This document shows positions 1 through 11,133 of a stretch of 21,824 bases of DNA, one piece after another. Position numbers and translations under genes: made by a program. This stretch comes from Octopus sinensis (taxonomy: Eukaryota): contig NW_021836783.1 in assembly GCF_006345805.1 (NCBI RefSeq), positions 1 to 21,824 on the forward strand, read 5' to 3'. The notes beneath the pieces are model-generated. The model had not been told where the DNA came from. It made no database searches and worked only from the letters and a program-made list of their open reading frames with translations. How positions within the stretch are numbered: position 1 is the first letter of the stretch; every line of letters begins with the position of its first letter.

Positions 1-180
1 TATATATATGTTACATATATGTGTGCGTATGTGTATGTGTCTGCATGTGTAAACATACACACGCAAATATATTACATTATATATATTACATATTGCACAC
101 ATGTGTAGTATATATATGTATGTATTTTACACACACACACACACACACACGATACAATTTACGTATAAAATACACGCATT
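1..180. repeat. TA/CA/TG microsatellite mosaic
   Basis: Interleaved dinucleotide runs, including (CA)n at 129-150. Confidence 0.85.
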
Positions 181-344
181 AAAAAACACTGTACCTATAA
201 GGTATAAGGTATAAAGGATATCATAATCGTATATGGCACTATGTGTAGAGGGTGTATGGTCAGTCAACCTAGTAAAATTAGTAGCCACGTCCCCTACCAT
301 CGTGTAAAAAAGGATTCACTGGATCATGTAAACCTCCATAAAAC

Positions 345-531
345 TATTTCTTTACTACCCACAAGGGGCTAAACACAGAGGGGACAAACAAGGACAGACA
401 AACGGATTAAGTCGATTACATCGACTCCAGTGTGTAACTGGTACTTAATTTATCGACCCCGAAAGGATGAAAGGCAAAGTCGACCTCGGCGGAATTTGAA
501 CTCATAACGTGACCTCAGACGAAATACCGCT
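345..531 (-). mobile_element. tRNA-derived SINE (family A), 5'-truncated
   Basis: Shares the block gtaactggtacttaatttatcgaccccgaaaggatgaaaggcaaagtcgacctcggcggaatt with 4078-4235. The minus strand has a B-box-like gagttcaaattcc. Matches a cephalopod SINE consensus as I recall it. Confidence 0.75.
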
Positions 532-1039
532 GCTGTCATAACATTAGTATTGCCCCACCCGAGCCACAACATAGATTACTATTGTTACCCTATACCCGTA
601 AGTGTCCCCACCACCTTTCCACAAGCAACTGTCCAGTGTGCCAATGCGTTAAGACGACACCGGTCCTGCAAAGACCCCTAAAAAGGGATGAGGACAACTA
701 TGGTTGTCTCAGCTCTATTACAGCTGACCTGGAGCTAAGCGACAACGGCTTTTTCTATGTAATCAAAGCTTCTGCAAACACAATGACTGATCGTATAGAC
801 GTCTCTCTCAACCATTTCTCGTATACATACAAACACCGTAACCATTTCTGTCAAAATAAGCTGATGGTGCGAAATGAAAATAGAACAAAACGGAAACATG
901 CTAACGTTTAGCGATTGAGCGAGTTCACGTTAGTTTTTACTTCAGGCGTTATTAAAATAACCCCTTACAACTGGCATTTCCATTATCTCTTATATATAAA
1001 TCGGTTGTTTTATTTAATTCTTGTTGTTTTTCTCTCACT

Positions 1040-1158
1040 CACCCCTCTCTCTCCTTTCTCTCTCTCTCTCTTTCTCTCCACCTATCATTAATTTCTTTGT
1101 CATTTTCATATTTGCATGTCTATATCTATCTTACTATCTATCTATATCTCTGTGTGCC

Positions 1159-1197
<39 letters not shown>

Positions 1198-1239
1198 CAC
1201 CAACCATTTACATATATAAGTATGTACGTATACATATAC

Positions 1240-1280
<41 letters not shown>
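1040..1280. repeat. (CT)n, (TG)n and (TA)n microsatellites
   Basis: Seen directly; explains the low-complexity ORF 1021-1281. Confidence 0.9.
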
Positions 1281-1407
1281 ATCAGCCGAAATTGCTAGGA
1301 TGATCCGGTTCTTGACTGAAGATTGAAGGCTTCAAATGTCCCGTCCGTGCTTTTTGTATCGTCTTCTAAATGTTTTGCGTTCTTGTCCCAGTTTGTATTA
1401 TTCTACA

Positions 1408-1442
1408 TATAATATATACATATATATATATATATAATATAT

Positions 1443-1484
<42 letters not shown>

Positions 1485-1775
1485 ATATACATACATACAT
1501 ATATAGATAATGTTCAAATATATATATATATATACATACATACATATATAGATAATGTTCAAATATATATATATATACATACATACATATATATGTAATG
1601 TTCAAATATATATATATATATTTATACATGTTCAAATATATGTGCGTGCTCGTATATGTGTGTGTGTTTATACGTGTACATACATATGTGTGCATCAGAA
1701 AATGTTTGTCCCCTATCTTTTCCCTTTCTGCCCCCCCCTCTCACTCACTCGCGCACACACACACACACACACACA
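1408..1775. repeat. TA/CA microsatellite field with a ~45-bp compound minisatellite
   Basis: Anchor taatgttcaaata recurs near 1506, 1551 and 1595, plus a variant near 1627, separated by TA/TACA runs. Confidence 0.85.
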
Positions 1776-2099
1776 TTTTATTGTAGTCCCTGCTTCTCTG
1801 AATCACCTTTAGTAGCTCAGTAACAACGATCCTTCTTACTTTTTCGCTCCTCTTCTTGTTTAAATTAAATAGCAAAATTATTTTCGGGAAAGTAGCCCCT
1901 CATCCCAAGACGTAAAAAAGGGTCTGTAGGTAACGAAATGTTTCTTTAATATCCCATCCCCGTGAACCCGATAATATTGTTCGTCAAGAATTCTATTCTC
2001 CGGTGAAGAATAAAGAATTAGATTCTATTAAACGGATTTTAGCCAGCGTATATTTGTATATATTTTACATGCGGTTATACTTACACAAACATAGTTTAA

Positions 2100-2545
2100 T
2101 GCACACGCACACACGCACACACACACACACATGGACATTTACACATTTAACATACACATATAAACAATCACGAAGAGAATATGTACTCCATGTCCAATCT
2201 TTGTGTGTCGGTGGTGGTTGGCGTGTGTACGTGTGTGTGTGTACATGTGTGCGTGTACTGATGTGTTATTGTGTGCGTACGTGTGCTCGTACGCGTGTTT
2301 ACGGGTGTGTAATGTGTATGTGTGTGTGTAATGTGTGTGTAGTGTGTGTGTGTACGTGTATGTACATGTGTGTGTGTATGCGCACGTGTGTAATGTGAGC
2401 GTGTCTACGTTTGTGTGTTTGTACATGTGTTGTGTGTGTGTACGTGTATGCGCACGTGTGTAATGTGAACGTGTCTACGTGTGTGTGTTTGTACATGTGT
2501 TTGTGTGTGTACTCGTGTATACGCACGTGTGTGTGTGTAAATGTA
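2100..2545. repeat. CA/TG-rich field with a ~70-bp tandem duplication
   Basis: gcgcacgtgtgtaatgtga at about 2380 and 2450; partial third copy at about 2521. Confidence 0.8.
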
Positions 2546-3240
2546 TGTGCAAGATTTCAGTTACGTGCGTATATTTATAGATTCCGTTGTGTAATTGAAT
2601 GCATACGAAGATACATAAAAACATAGCAGTCCTCAACCAACCTCCTTATTTACTATTAAAAGCGCATCTGTCTGTATATTTACAAGAAACTGGTTATTCA
2701 CGGACCCACGCACACACACAGACACACACACTCAACAGTGGCGATCATTATGATTGCGATGGAGATGACGATTATGACACTTAAGTGCACATGCCGAATA
2801 GAAAATACTTGTGATGTGAAATATTTTCATCTTCGAAGTAAGCCTGGTCGCTTGTATGTCACATAAAAAACTTGTGCGCGCGTGTTTGTGTGTGAGTGGT
2901 GGAGAGGGGCACTTTATCAACAATAACTGGTGGATGAGAGTGTTGAAATGGTGAGCCTGTGAGCTTAGAAGACCTAGTTACTCTGTAAATGTCAAAGTGT
3001 TAGTGGATCATCATCATCATTATCATCGACAACATTATCAGCATCGTACGCACTTGTGTCCCAACTGCAATGCATTGTTACTACAACACAGGCTTCCCTT
3101 CATCTTCTCTGACTGTCATCCGCTAAAACACAGCGCTTCTTTTCAAGTTTAGCCAACTCAAGTATAAGTCACTGACATTAAAGTTTCATTTGAGTAAATT
3201 AGAACCGATTCCCAGACAACACACACATTATATAAACACA

Positions 3241-3300
3241 CACACACTCAAACACACAAATATACACATACACACACTCAAACACACAAATATACACATA
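3241..3300. repeat. 30-bp perfect tandem duplication
   Basis: cacacactcaaacacacaaatatacacata occurs twice in tandem. Confidence 0.9.
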
Positions 3301-3375
3301 CACATACTCACACGTATGTAACGAACAAGAAAGTGAGTAATCAACACTGCAACAGTGGACGAAAACTTTCGGCAC

Positions 3376-3486
3376 TCTTTCGGTATTAGTAGATGACGTC
3401 ATTCGCGCACGTAACATTCCCTTGACATTGATAAAAAGGCTGAGCTCAAAAAGCGGGTGAATGACGTCGTTACTAATATCGAAAGA
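3376..3486. repeat. Imperfect inverted repeat (~29-bp arms), probable centre of a foldback/MITE
   Basis: tctttcggtattagtagatgacgtcattc (3376-3404) versus the reverse complement of 3458-3486, tctttcgatattagtaacgacgtcattc. Confidence 0.65.
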
Positions 3487-3706
3487 TTTCCAAACTTTCT
3501 TTTACAACAGTGATTGGTATGAATGCAGTACCAATGGTTTCATGTAAATTATTCAACCGCAGAAAATGATACAAAAGGAACAATAGCACAAAAATTAACA
3601 AAAAAACACTTGTTGGTCATCTTTCGATCTTTGAACAAGTTACAGCGAACTACGAAGCGAACTTAAAGAATAAAGTTTCATGAATTTAAAAAAAAACAAA
3701 TAATTG

Positions 3707-3881
3707 GGTTCTTTTCCTTTTGAACGGCACTTTTCAACACAATTTCTGGTTAACTAAACACTTTAAAACTTCGTATACTGGTAGAATGTGTCAAAATAAA
3801 ACATTTTTTTCTCTTGGCTTTCTTGAGAAAATTGTGATTTGTTTGTTTAACGTAGTTTAATTTTTCGAATTTTAACCAATC
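3707..3881 (+). mobile_element. Terminal segment of a non-autonomous DNA-element family (inverted homolog of 5997-6180)
   Basis: ggttcttttccttttgaacggcacttt...aaacttcgtatactggtagaatgtgt...ttctcttggcttt.ttgagaaaatt...aattttaaccaatc aligns with the reverse complement of 5997-6180. Confidence 0.7.
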
Positions 3882-4077
3882 AATCGCCTGTAGTGAGCTA
3901 AAATCATTTGCTGCGTCTAAAACTGAGACTTCGTTTTTTTTTTTTTTTTCTTAATTGTTAAATTAATTTCAGGATAACAATTAAGAAAAAAACGAAAGGT
4001 TAAAACGAAAGCAATGGAAAATAAAAGTTTACTGAAAGTTTACTTTTATGTAAAGGAAAAGCAGCTTAAAATATAAA

Positions 4078-4235
4078 TATTCTTTTCTACTCTAGGCACA
4101 AGGCCCGAAATTTTTTTTTTTGTGTGGGTGGGGCAGTCGATTAGATCGACTTCAGTACGCAACTGGTACTTAATTTATCGACCCCGAAAGGATGAAAGAC
4201 AAAGTCGACCTCGGCGGAATTGCTTAAAACGTAAA
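4078..4235 (-). mobile_element. SINE family A fragment
   Basis: Same core block as 345-531, with a different tail variant. Confidence 0.75.
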
Positions 4236-4267
4236 TATTGCACTAAGCGCGTTACTGTAGATATTCA

Positions 4268-4650
4268 GTGGAGGCGCAATGGCCCAGTGGTTAGGGCAGC
4301 GGACTCGCGGTCGTTGGATCGCGGTTTCGATTCCCAGACCGGGCGTTGTGAGTGTTTATTGAGCGAAAACACCTAAAGCTCCACGAGGCTCCGGCAGGGG
4401 ATGGTGGTGATCCCTGCTGTACTCTTTCACCACAACTTTCTCTCACTCTTACTTCCTGTTTCTGTTGTACCTGTATTTCAAAGGGCCGGCCTTGTCACTC
4501 TCTGTGTCACGCTGAATATCCCTGAGAAATACGTTAAGGGTACACGTGTCTGTGGAGTGCTCAGCCACTTACACGTTAATTTCACGAGCAGTCTGTTCCG
4601 TTGATCGGATCAACCGGAACCCTCGTCGTCGTAACCGACGGAGTGCTTCC
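4268..4650 (+). mobile_element. Full-length tRNA-derived SINE (family B)
   Basis: A box tggcccagtggttag and B box ggtttcgattccc. TSD ACTGTAGATA at 4254-4263 and 4651-4660. Closely similar copy at 6455-6844. Confidence 0.9.
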
Positions 4651-4953
4651 ACTGTAGATAATCTATATAAAGCGTATTTGAGTTTCCCTGTCGCCAGACA
4701 CGCACAGATCATAATATATTGTCAGCATTGTCAAAACACATCCTGTACAGTAATGCTTCAGTTTATAAATTTTTCGACAAAAACAATTAGATAAAAATTA
4801 AGAGCTTTTTACACAAAATCAGATTATACGAGTATAATTTTCCGGTTGTGTAATAAAATGCTAAAGAAACGGAACTTGAAGTGGCCACAATACAATAAGA
4901 AATGGAAGTGATAGAAAGGAAAACTGAAGTGCGAAATTTAATGTTTATGTAAC

Positions 4954-4955
<2 letters not shown>

Positions 4956-5009
<54 letters not shown>

Positions 5010-5034
5010 CGTGTGTGTGTGTGTGTGTGTGTGT
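4956..5034. repeat. (GT)n microsatellite
   Basis: Seen directly. Confidence 0.95.
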
Positions 5035-5279
5035 CGTCGTTTTTATGCAAAAGTGTCGTAAATCCAAAACGTTTTTTTTCTCTGAAAACGAAAAAATAGT
5101 TTTACCATTCCATAGCAAAACTACACTTTGACAATTGTTATCTTGGCATCTGAAGCAGCTGGAGATACGATAGTTTGACCAAAAATACCGGCTATTACAA
5201 GCATAAATAAATACTGAAAAAAAACGAATATAGCCAAATTTGGACATACGACAGTTTAACATAATAGCAACGATGTATA

Positions 5280-5534
5280 TACCGAGTCATCCCATAAATA
5301 ATGCGACTTTTTAATACTCCTTTTATTTTTCAAAATAAAGATAAATATCTTTTTTAATCTAAAATATACTCTCCCTCATTTTCTACAATGCTCTTCCATT
5401 TATCTGGTTGACTTGTGAGGCTCCTTCCTCTCCCAAAATTCACTCGTCTGTGACGAAAAATACTCCTCTAGTACTGTTACGACCTCGTCTACAGAATTAT
5501 TCATATTGTTTTCCGTCCAAATGATTTTGAAGAC
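5280..5534 (-). mobile_element. Mariner transposon 3' fragment with terminal inverted repeat
   Basis: Frameshifted minus-strand readings QNHLDGK, NSVDEVVTVLEEYFSSQTSEFW and DKWKSIVENEGEYILD* match a mariner transposase C-terminus. It ends in a TA-flanked TIR-like taccgagtcatcccataaataatgcgac. Confidence 0.8.
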
Positions 5535-5720
5535 TTTTACTCTTTTAATTGTTTCAGTCATTTGACTGCGACCATGCTGGAGCACTGCCTTTAATCGAGC
5601 AAATCGACCCCGGGACTTATTCTTTGTAAGCCCAGTACTTATTCTATCGGCCTCTTTTGTCGAAAGCTATGTTACGGGGATGTAAACACACCAGCATCTG
5701 TTATCAAGCGATGTTGGGGG
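5535..5720 (-). mobile_element. CORE-type tRNA SINE (family C), 3' half only
   Basis: Aligns with the 3' halves of 11449-11870 and 21263-21689; tail with (GTAAAAGA) repeats; cut off at 5720. Confidence 0.85.
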
Positions 5721-6180
5721 GAAATGCAATAGATCGATACTAGGGTTATAATTATGGGTGACAATTTCATACGACACCGCTACGGAAAATGGGATTTTTT
5801 TCTAGCGGTGTCAAATGAAAATGTCACCCATAATTATGGCCCTAGTATCGATCTATTGCATTTCAATCTATTTTAGATTTAGGGTTGGGAAAGGGTATCT
5901 TTTTTTCTTTACAAATGTAAATAAACCCAATCTGTTTCTTAAAGGAGGGACATATTCATTATGCATAGGATGTTATTTACCTAAATGGAGGTCAGCGATT
6001 GGTTAAAATTGCCGAAATGCTCGAAATTAAAGACGAAATTTGTTACAACCTATAGAATTTTCTCAATAAAGCCAAGAGAAAATGATGTTTTATAAACACA
6101 TTCTACCAGTATACGAAGTTTAAAACTTTTTAGTTACCTAGAAATTATGTTACAAAGTGCCGTTCAAAAGGAAAAGATCC
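5721..6180 (-). mobile_element. Partial foldback/MITE-like element with a 62-bp-arm internal palindrome
   Basis: Arms at 5721-5782 and 5803-5864 with 5 mismatches. Terminus ccgttcaaaaggaaaagatcc is shared in inverted form with 3707-3881. Confidence 0.65.
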
Positions 6181-6302
6181 GACCCATAGTTTAAGAAGCG
6201 CAGTAATGTATTTATATGTAGTTAAGTCTATGTCCGGTCATAGAGTGAAAAATCTCGTGATGAGAAATGGGGTCGTGAATGGAGAAAGTTTAAGGAGCGC
6301 TG
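6181..6302 (+). mobile_element. hAT (Charlie-like) terminal remnants
   Basis: agtttaagaagcgcag (6188-6203) and aaagtttaaggagcgctg (6285-6302) resemble Charlie-type right ends; the second is preceded by ggggtcgtga. Confidence 0.4.
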
Positions 6303-6454
6303 CTTCAGAGTGTGCTTCTTTTTCGGGTATATGATTCAGGTTTATACACATATGTATATATACACACACATAAAGGGCTTACTCGTCCATGTGGCTAAGC
6401 TTTTCGTGGATGTGAAACCATTGGTCTGAACATAGACTTAATTACATCTAACTA

Positions 6455-6844
6455 GTGGAGGCGCAATGGCCCAGTGGTTAGAGCAGCAGACTCGCGGTCA
6501 TAGGATCGCGGTTTCGATTCCTAGACCGGGCGTTGTGAGTGTTTATTGAGCGAAAACACCTAAAGCTCCACGAGGCTCCGGCAGGGGATGGTGGTGATCC
6601 TTGCTGTACTCTTTCACCACAACTTTCTCTCACCCTTACTTCCTGTTTCTGTTGTGCCTGTAATTCAAAGGGCCAGCCTTGTCACTCTCTGTGTCACGCT
6701 GAATATCCCCGAGAACTACGTTAAGGGTGCACGTGTCTGTGGAGTGCTCAGCCACTTACACGTTAATTTCACGAGCAGGCTGTTCCGTTGATTCGGATCA
6801 ACCGGAACCCTCGTCGTCGTAACCGACGGAGTGCTTCCATAACC
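6455..6844 (+). mobile_element. Full-length tRNA-derived SINE (family B)
   Basis: A and B boxes as in 4268-4650. Perfect 11-bp TSD ACATCTAACTA at 6444-6454 and 6845-6855. Confidence 0.92.
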
Positions 6845-7456
6845 ACATCTAACTAAGAAAATATGCGGTAATTTCCAATTTTACGTTCATTTGTTTTAGT
6901 TTCACTTTCATTTCAACTCAGCATGTCTCGTGGACGCTCTGCTGCTCCACGTTTTATTGTGAATCTCAACAAAATTCTTATAGATAATCAATGAAGGCGT
7001 AAAGTTCGATCTTCGTCTGATGCAGCAACTTGTGTTGCTTGGTGTGCCCGTCATCCACTGTTGAAGAAACTTCACATGTGTCCACGGCGAAACTCTATTC
7101 AAAATAGGACTTAACATTTTCCCCTCACTTTTTACTCGCTCTTCGTTATAATTGTGAAATGTTTTATTGAAATAACGCTTTTGGGATCAACTATAATTTT
7201 ACGAACGTCAAATAGGAAATTACCAAATATGCAAACACAATTATCCTCCACGACTGTTCAAGTGGATATGATATGTAAGCAAGCATAGTTTAGAGAGATT
7301 TTGTTATCGAATGAACCTACTTGAGTCAAGTGCCTCAGGAAAGTTTGTTTTTTTTTTAGTCCTGAGTTGGTACGAATTGCAATGTCTATAAGAATCAGGC
7401 AAAAGGTATCTACTGAGAAAAATAATGAATTTTTTATTTTACAAATTTACATCAAA

Positions 7457-7582
7457 TTACTGTTTTGATCTTGTTTTCGTGTTAGTCTTTAGTATGTCTT
7501 GGACTATGCTGTTCAATGTGTCCTTCCCACCACCAGATACAAATTGATGATACTGCTTAACAACCTGTCGAACTCTTCCATA
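7457..7582 (-). CDS. Candidate coding exon of an unidentified host gene
   Basis: Strong acceptor tttttcttttttcttccag with CTGAC upstream. Open frame YGRVRQVVKQYHQFVSGGGKDTLNSIVQDILKTNTKTRSKQ, ending at TAA or at donor CA|gtaatt. No homology recognised. Confidence 0.25.
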   Translation of the reverse strand, partial: YGRVRQVVKQYHQFVSGGGKDTLNSIVQDILKTNTKTRSKQ

Positions 7583-7974
7583 CTGGAAGAAAAAAGAAAA
7601 ATTGGGAGGTAGTGTGTCAGTGATAGTTTACAGCATATCTTCCCAAAGTGGGCGATTTCAACTTAGAGGTGGGCGATGGGCGAATTTCTAGAAAATGGTG
7701 GGCGATTTAAGATTTTGGCGGGTGATATGAACATTTTGTGGGTGACAATGAATTTTTAGAAATTAAGTCTGCATTTACTGATATCTAGGCATGCTTAGAA
7801 TAAGGATACACTTTTGTCGATTTGACTACTCGCATGAGACGTCCCTTTGTAGCAAAAACGCGGACTTATTTATCGACTGAATAATTTTGTCGCAGTCATT
7901 GAGATGGTTGTCATGCGTGCTAAAAATAGCAGCCAAATAGGCCTTAAATTACACTCCACTGCAATTTTTTTGTC

Positions 7975-8335
7975 ATAATCGTATGAAGCCCGCGTGTAGA
8001 ATTCAAATTCTCAAAAATTTCCTGAAAACTCCGAAAAATAAAAAAAAAAGTTATAAGAGGTTATATGTCGTGCGTCATTCTGTGGTTTCATATCAAAACA
8101 AAGTGCTATTTTCAGGACGCTAACAAAATTTACAGTCGCGTACAAAATGGCGTCTTTGAAATCGTGTTTCTTGACTGGGTGAAAATAAACTTTAAACCTC
8201 TATAACTTTTTTTAAACATTTTTCTGGAAAAAGTTGAATAACTCTAGCAATGTAGCTTAGAAAAGTACATTAATGTGCCAAATTTAAAAATTTTCGATAA
8301 ACTTTAATTTTTGAATGCTGGCAGCCAAACGAACT
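7975..8335. mobile_element. Possible MITE-like segment within the hAT 5' region
   Basis: Inverted pair aaaaagttataagagg (about 8046) and cctctataacttttt (about 8197); boundaries uncertain. Confidence 0.3.
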
Positions 8336-8460
8336 AGATCCGTATTTGCTCCAGTGAAGACGTGTCATCTGACTCTGCTCTATTAACTTCTCTTTGAGAA
8401 TACCATACTGCCTTTCTAACGCCATCTGTAGAAATTCGTTTTCTCATTTTCAATTTACTG

Positions 8461-10227
8461 ATGCCTCCAGTCAAGAAAATTTGTCGACTTTTATTGTTTG
8501 GATTTATTCCCTCTCCTCAGAACTGTCAGTTACCAATGTGCCTTTTTTGCCTTCAAACATTAACCAACAAAGCAATGAAACCTTCACGCTTGAAGTATCA
8601 CTTTGATGCAAAGCATTCTAACAAGAAGGACAAGCCGTTGTCATACTTTTTGCAACTGAGGAGCTCAAAAAGAAATACAAACATTGAACACGCTGCTCCA
8701 GGAAACTAGTAAACAGGAGAATGACGGGTTGGTTGCATCGTACAACGTTGCATTGCTTGTTGTTAAGTCTGCAAAGTTTCACACAATTGGAGAAACATTA
8801 CTTCACCCAGTTATCGAAGAGGTTTTGTCAACCGTTATGCACGAAAATCCCGATAACATTATGAAAAAGATCCCACTTAATAATAACACAATTTCTCGAC
8901 GCATCGATGAAATGGCCAACGATGTCAAACATCAGCTCATTAATATTCTCCAGGGTTCTGAATTTTCTATACAAGTGGATGAATCAACTGTTGTTGACAA
9001 TCAATGTTTGATGATGGTGTATGTTCGGTATTTCAGCGAAGACCTTCAACCTTGTGAGGAAATGCTGTTCACAGAGAAATTGCTGCTTGATTCAAAAGGT
9101 GTAACTATTTTTCACACTCTAAAAGTCTTTCCTTTTTGAACATAATATCCCACTCAGTAATATTCTTGCCTGTGCGTCTGGTGGCGCCCCTTCGACGATT
9201 GGAAGATGACAAAGGTTTTTCATCTCTCCTAAAGCGTGAAATTTCCCACCAGATACTAACTGTTCATTGCTTGGCACACCGGCAGCATTTAGTGGCAAAA
9301 AATATGAACGGTAGGTTGAATGGTGCGCAACAGTTAGTTATGAAGACTGTAAACAAATTGAAGTCCAGTCCCTTGTCTGATCGAATTTTCCGTCAACTCT
9401 GTCTGAGAAATGATGAGGACCATACTAAACTCTTATACCCTACCAAAGTGCGGTGGCTGTTAAAAGGAAACTGTGTTTTACGCTTTGTTGAACTGTTTCA
9501 TATAATCTTATCTTTCTTTGAAGATATTCCACTATCCGCTTCATTGGTGGCTGCAAGGTGCGCTATCTTTTTTTCTTTGTGATATATTCACAAAATTAAA
9601 TGATTTTTAATAAGTTATTGCAAGGAAACAGAAAAACTCCCGTTGATTGTAGATAATTTATCACTACTTTCATCTCGAAATTGGTGTTGTATAAGACTAA
9701 CATTTCAAAATGTCAATTCCATCAATTTCTACAACTTGATTCTTTGAAAGATGAATTAGTTGATGAGGATTTAACTACATATCGCAACTATTTACAATCA
9801 TTGCACGATAACATGGTGGAGCGATTTCAAGATGTTATTGCGCTGAATATTCCAAATTGGTATAGCAATCCGTTTGAGGTCGATGCAGTCGATTGCGAGG
9901 AGGATGTCCAGGAGGAATTCATAGAATTACAAATTGACAATGACGCCACAATGCGATATCGCCGTAATGGCAAAGAATGTTTGTGGTACCATCAGAGAAT
10001 ATTGAATTCCTACCCCCAGTCAGTGGAAACATCTGAAATTACTTTTGCTTGCCTTCCCTACCTCACACCTGTTTGAATCTGGTTTTAATAATGTTGGAAC
10101 TTTGCGTTCCCATAAAAGAATTGGACTGGATGCGACACAACGAGGAGATGTGTGGCTAAAGTTGACAAGTTTGGAACCGAATGTATCTGCTCAAGCTGCC
10201 TCGCACCAGACACATGGTTCTCATTAA
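8461..10227 (+). pseudogene. hAT Buster-type transposase pseudogene (ZBED5/FAM200-like family)
   Basis: BED finger FGF..PMCLFC..MKPSRLKYHFDAKH; SHTIGE-like KFHTIGETL; PLNNNTISRRIDEM; first catalytic Asp in QVDES; second Asp position reads SGGAPS; HCLAHR; VRW; FPTSHLFESGF dimerisation motif. Split over at least five ORFs. Confidence 0.93.
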
Positions 10228-10650
10228 AAACTTTTGTTATTTTCCTTTATAATACAATCATTAATCATTTTTGCATCGGTAATTCTGATCAGTGGTTCAT
10301 TTGGGGGAAATGAAAACCAGTGTAAAAGGAAGCGCAAATTTCCAGAAGTTAATCTGTCTGCTTAATATAGAGTTAACGTGAGAATTTTATTGACACTAAT
10401 GACAAAACTAAACCCACAATAAAGGATTTGTAAACAACCGCATGTTTAGTCCAAACGGCACTAATGGGGCAACGAGTCTACGATAGAGTGTGTCAAATGG
10501 TATGGGGCTGGCTAGGGGATTTTGTGTTGGGGGGGTTGTGACAGGGTTTTTTTTTTTTTTTACACAGGTGGGCGATGGAGTATGTGGGGGGGGGCGATAG
10601 GTGAGTGATATTGCTATTTAGCGCGAAAAGTTTGGGAAACACTGGTTTAC

Positions 10651-10697
10651 AGTGTACTGATGCCGTGTTTCTTGTACAATGTGGCAGCTCTCCACCT
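10651..10697 (-). CDS. Candidate short exon abutting the right hAT TSD
   Basis: Acceptor ttttttttcctttttgtcattcttcacacgctcacag; donor CT|gtaaac lies inside the TSD. Reads VESCHIVQETRHQYT or RWRAATLYKKHGISTL depending on frame. Confidence 0.2.
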
Positions 10698-11129
10698 CTG
10701 TGAGCGTGTGAAGAATGACAAAAAGGAAAAAAAAAGGCAACGTGCCAATTGTCGATAAGAAAGAGATGCGATTATTTGAAGCTTTTAAAGCTTTCCAACA
10801 TACTAAAGTATAGGACTGCAAATTCTATTTCAATGATAAAGGGTAGGGGATTTTCTAATGTTTGGGTAGTGGGAATTGTTAATTGTCAGTTCAACAAGGC
10901 TGATGTATTTCTTTTTGTTTACTTGTTTGTTTGTTTTTTTGATAGATGTCGTTATTTTGAGAAAAAAAATATTATTTTTCGGAATCGTAATTTCCGTGTT
11001 TAAGAGCGGAAATATTAAAAATCGAAAAATCAAAGACTTTAAAAACAAAAATTAGATGGGAAAAATTTTGTTTTTCGTTTGGTTGGAGGAGCTAAATGTT
11101 ATCGCTGTTGTTGAAAACATAGAAATGTA

Positions 11130-11133
<4 letters not shown>

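Larger units (their letters stand above)
7634..10644 (+). mobile_element. Full-length degenerate hAT transposon (Buster/Charlie group), 3011 bp
   Basis: 8-bp TSD GTTTACAG with central TA at 7626-7633 and 10645-10652. TIRs CATATCTTCCCAAAG (left) and CAGTGTTTCCCAAAC (reverse complement of the right end). GGGCGA subterminal repeats; internal transposase pseudogene. Confidence 0.92.

Noticed and set aside
582-911. 109-aa ORF
   Set aside because: Non-ATG start and no recognisable domain; part of it resembles a SINE tail (gctgacctggagctaa).
1316-1340. Minimal hammerhead-like CTGAAGA...GAAGGCTTC-AAATGTC (possible Penelope remnant)
   Set aside because: The GAAA core is broken and no adjacent stem I pairing is visible; at best a dead relic.
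1021-2626. H/T/Y/I/V/C-rich ORFs (also 4787-5262 and 19311-19977)
   Set aside because: They are translations of microsatellites.
4268-4345. tRNA gene (also 6455-6530, 11800-11870, 14190-14254, 21620-21689)
   Set aside because: A and B boxes are present but there is no complete cloverleaf or acceptor stem; each continues into a SINE body and tail.
7790-7960. Possible SINE tail fragment inside the hAT (ctaaaaatagcagccaaat)
   Set aside because: Only short motifs match my recollection and there is no second copy in the window to confirm it.
8461-10227. Domesticated ZBED/FAM200-type gene
   Set aside because: Multiple frameshifts and stops, a mutated second catalytic Asp, and TIRs and TSD still present.
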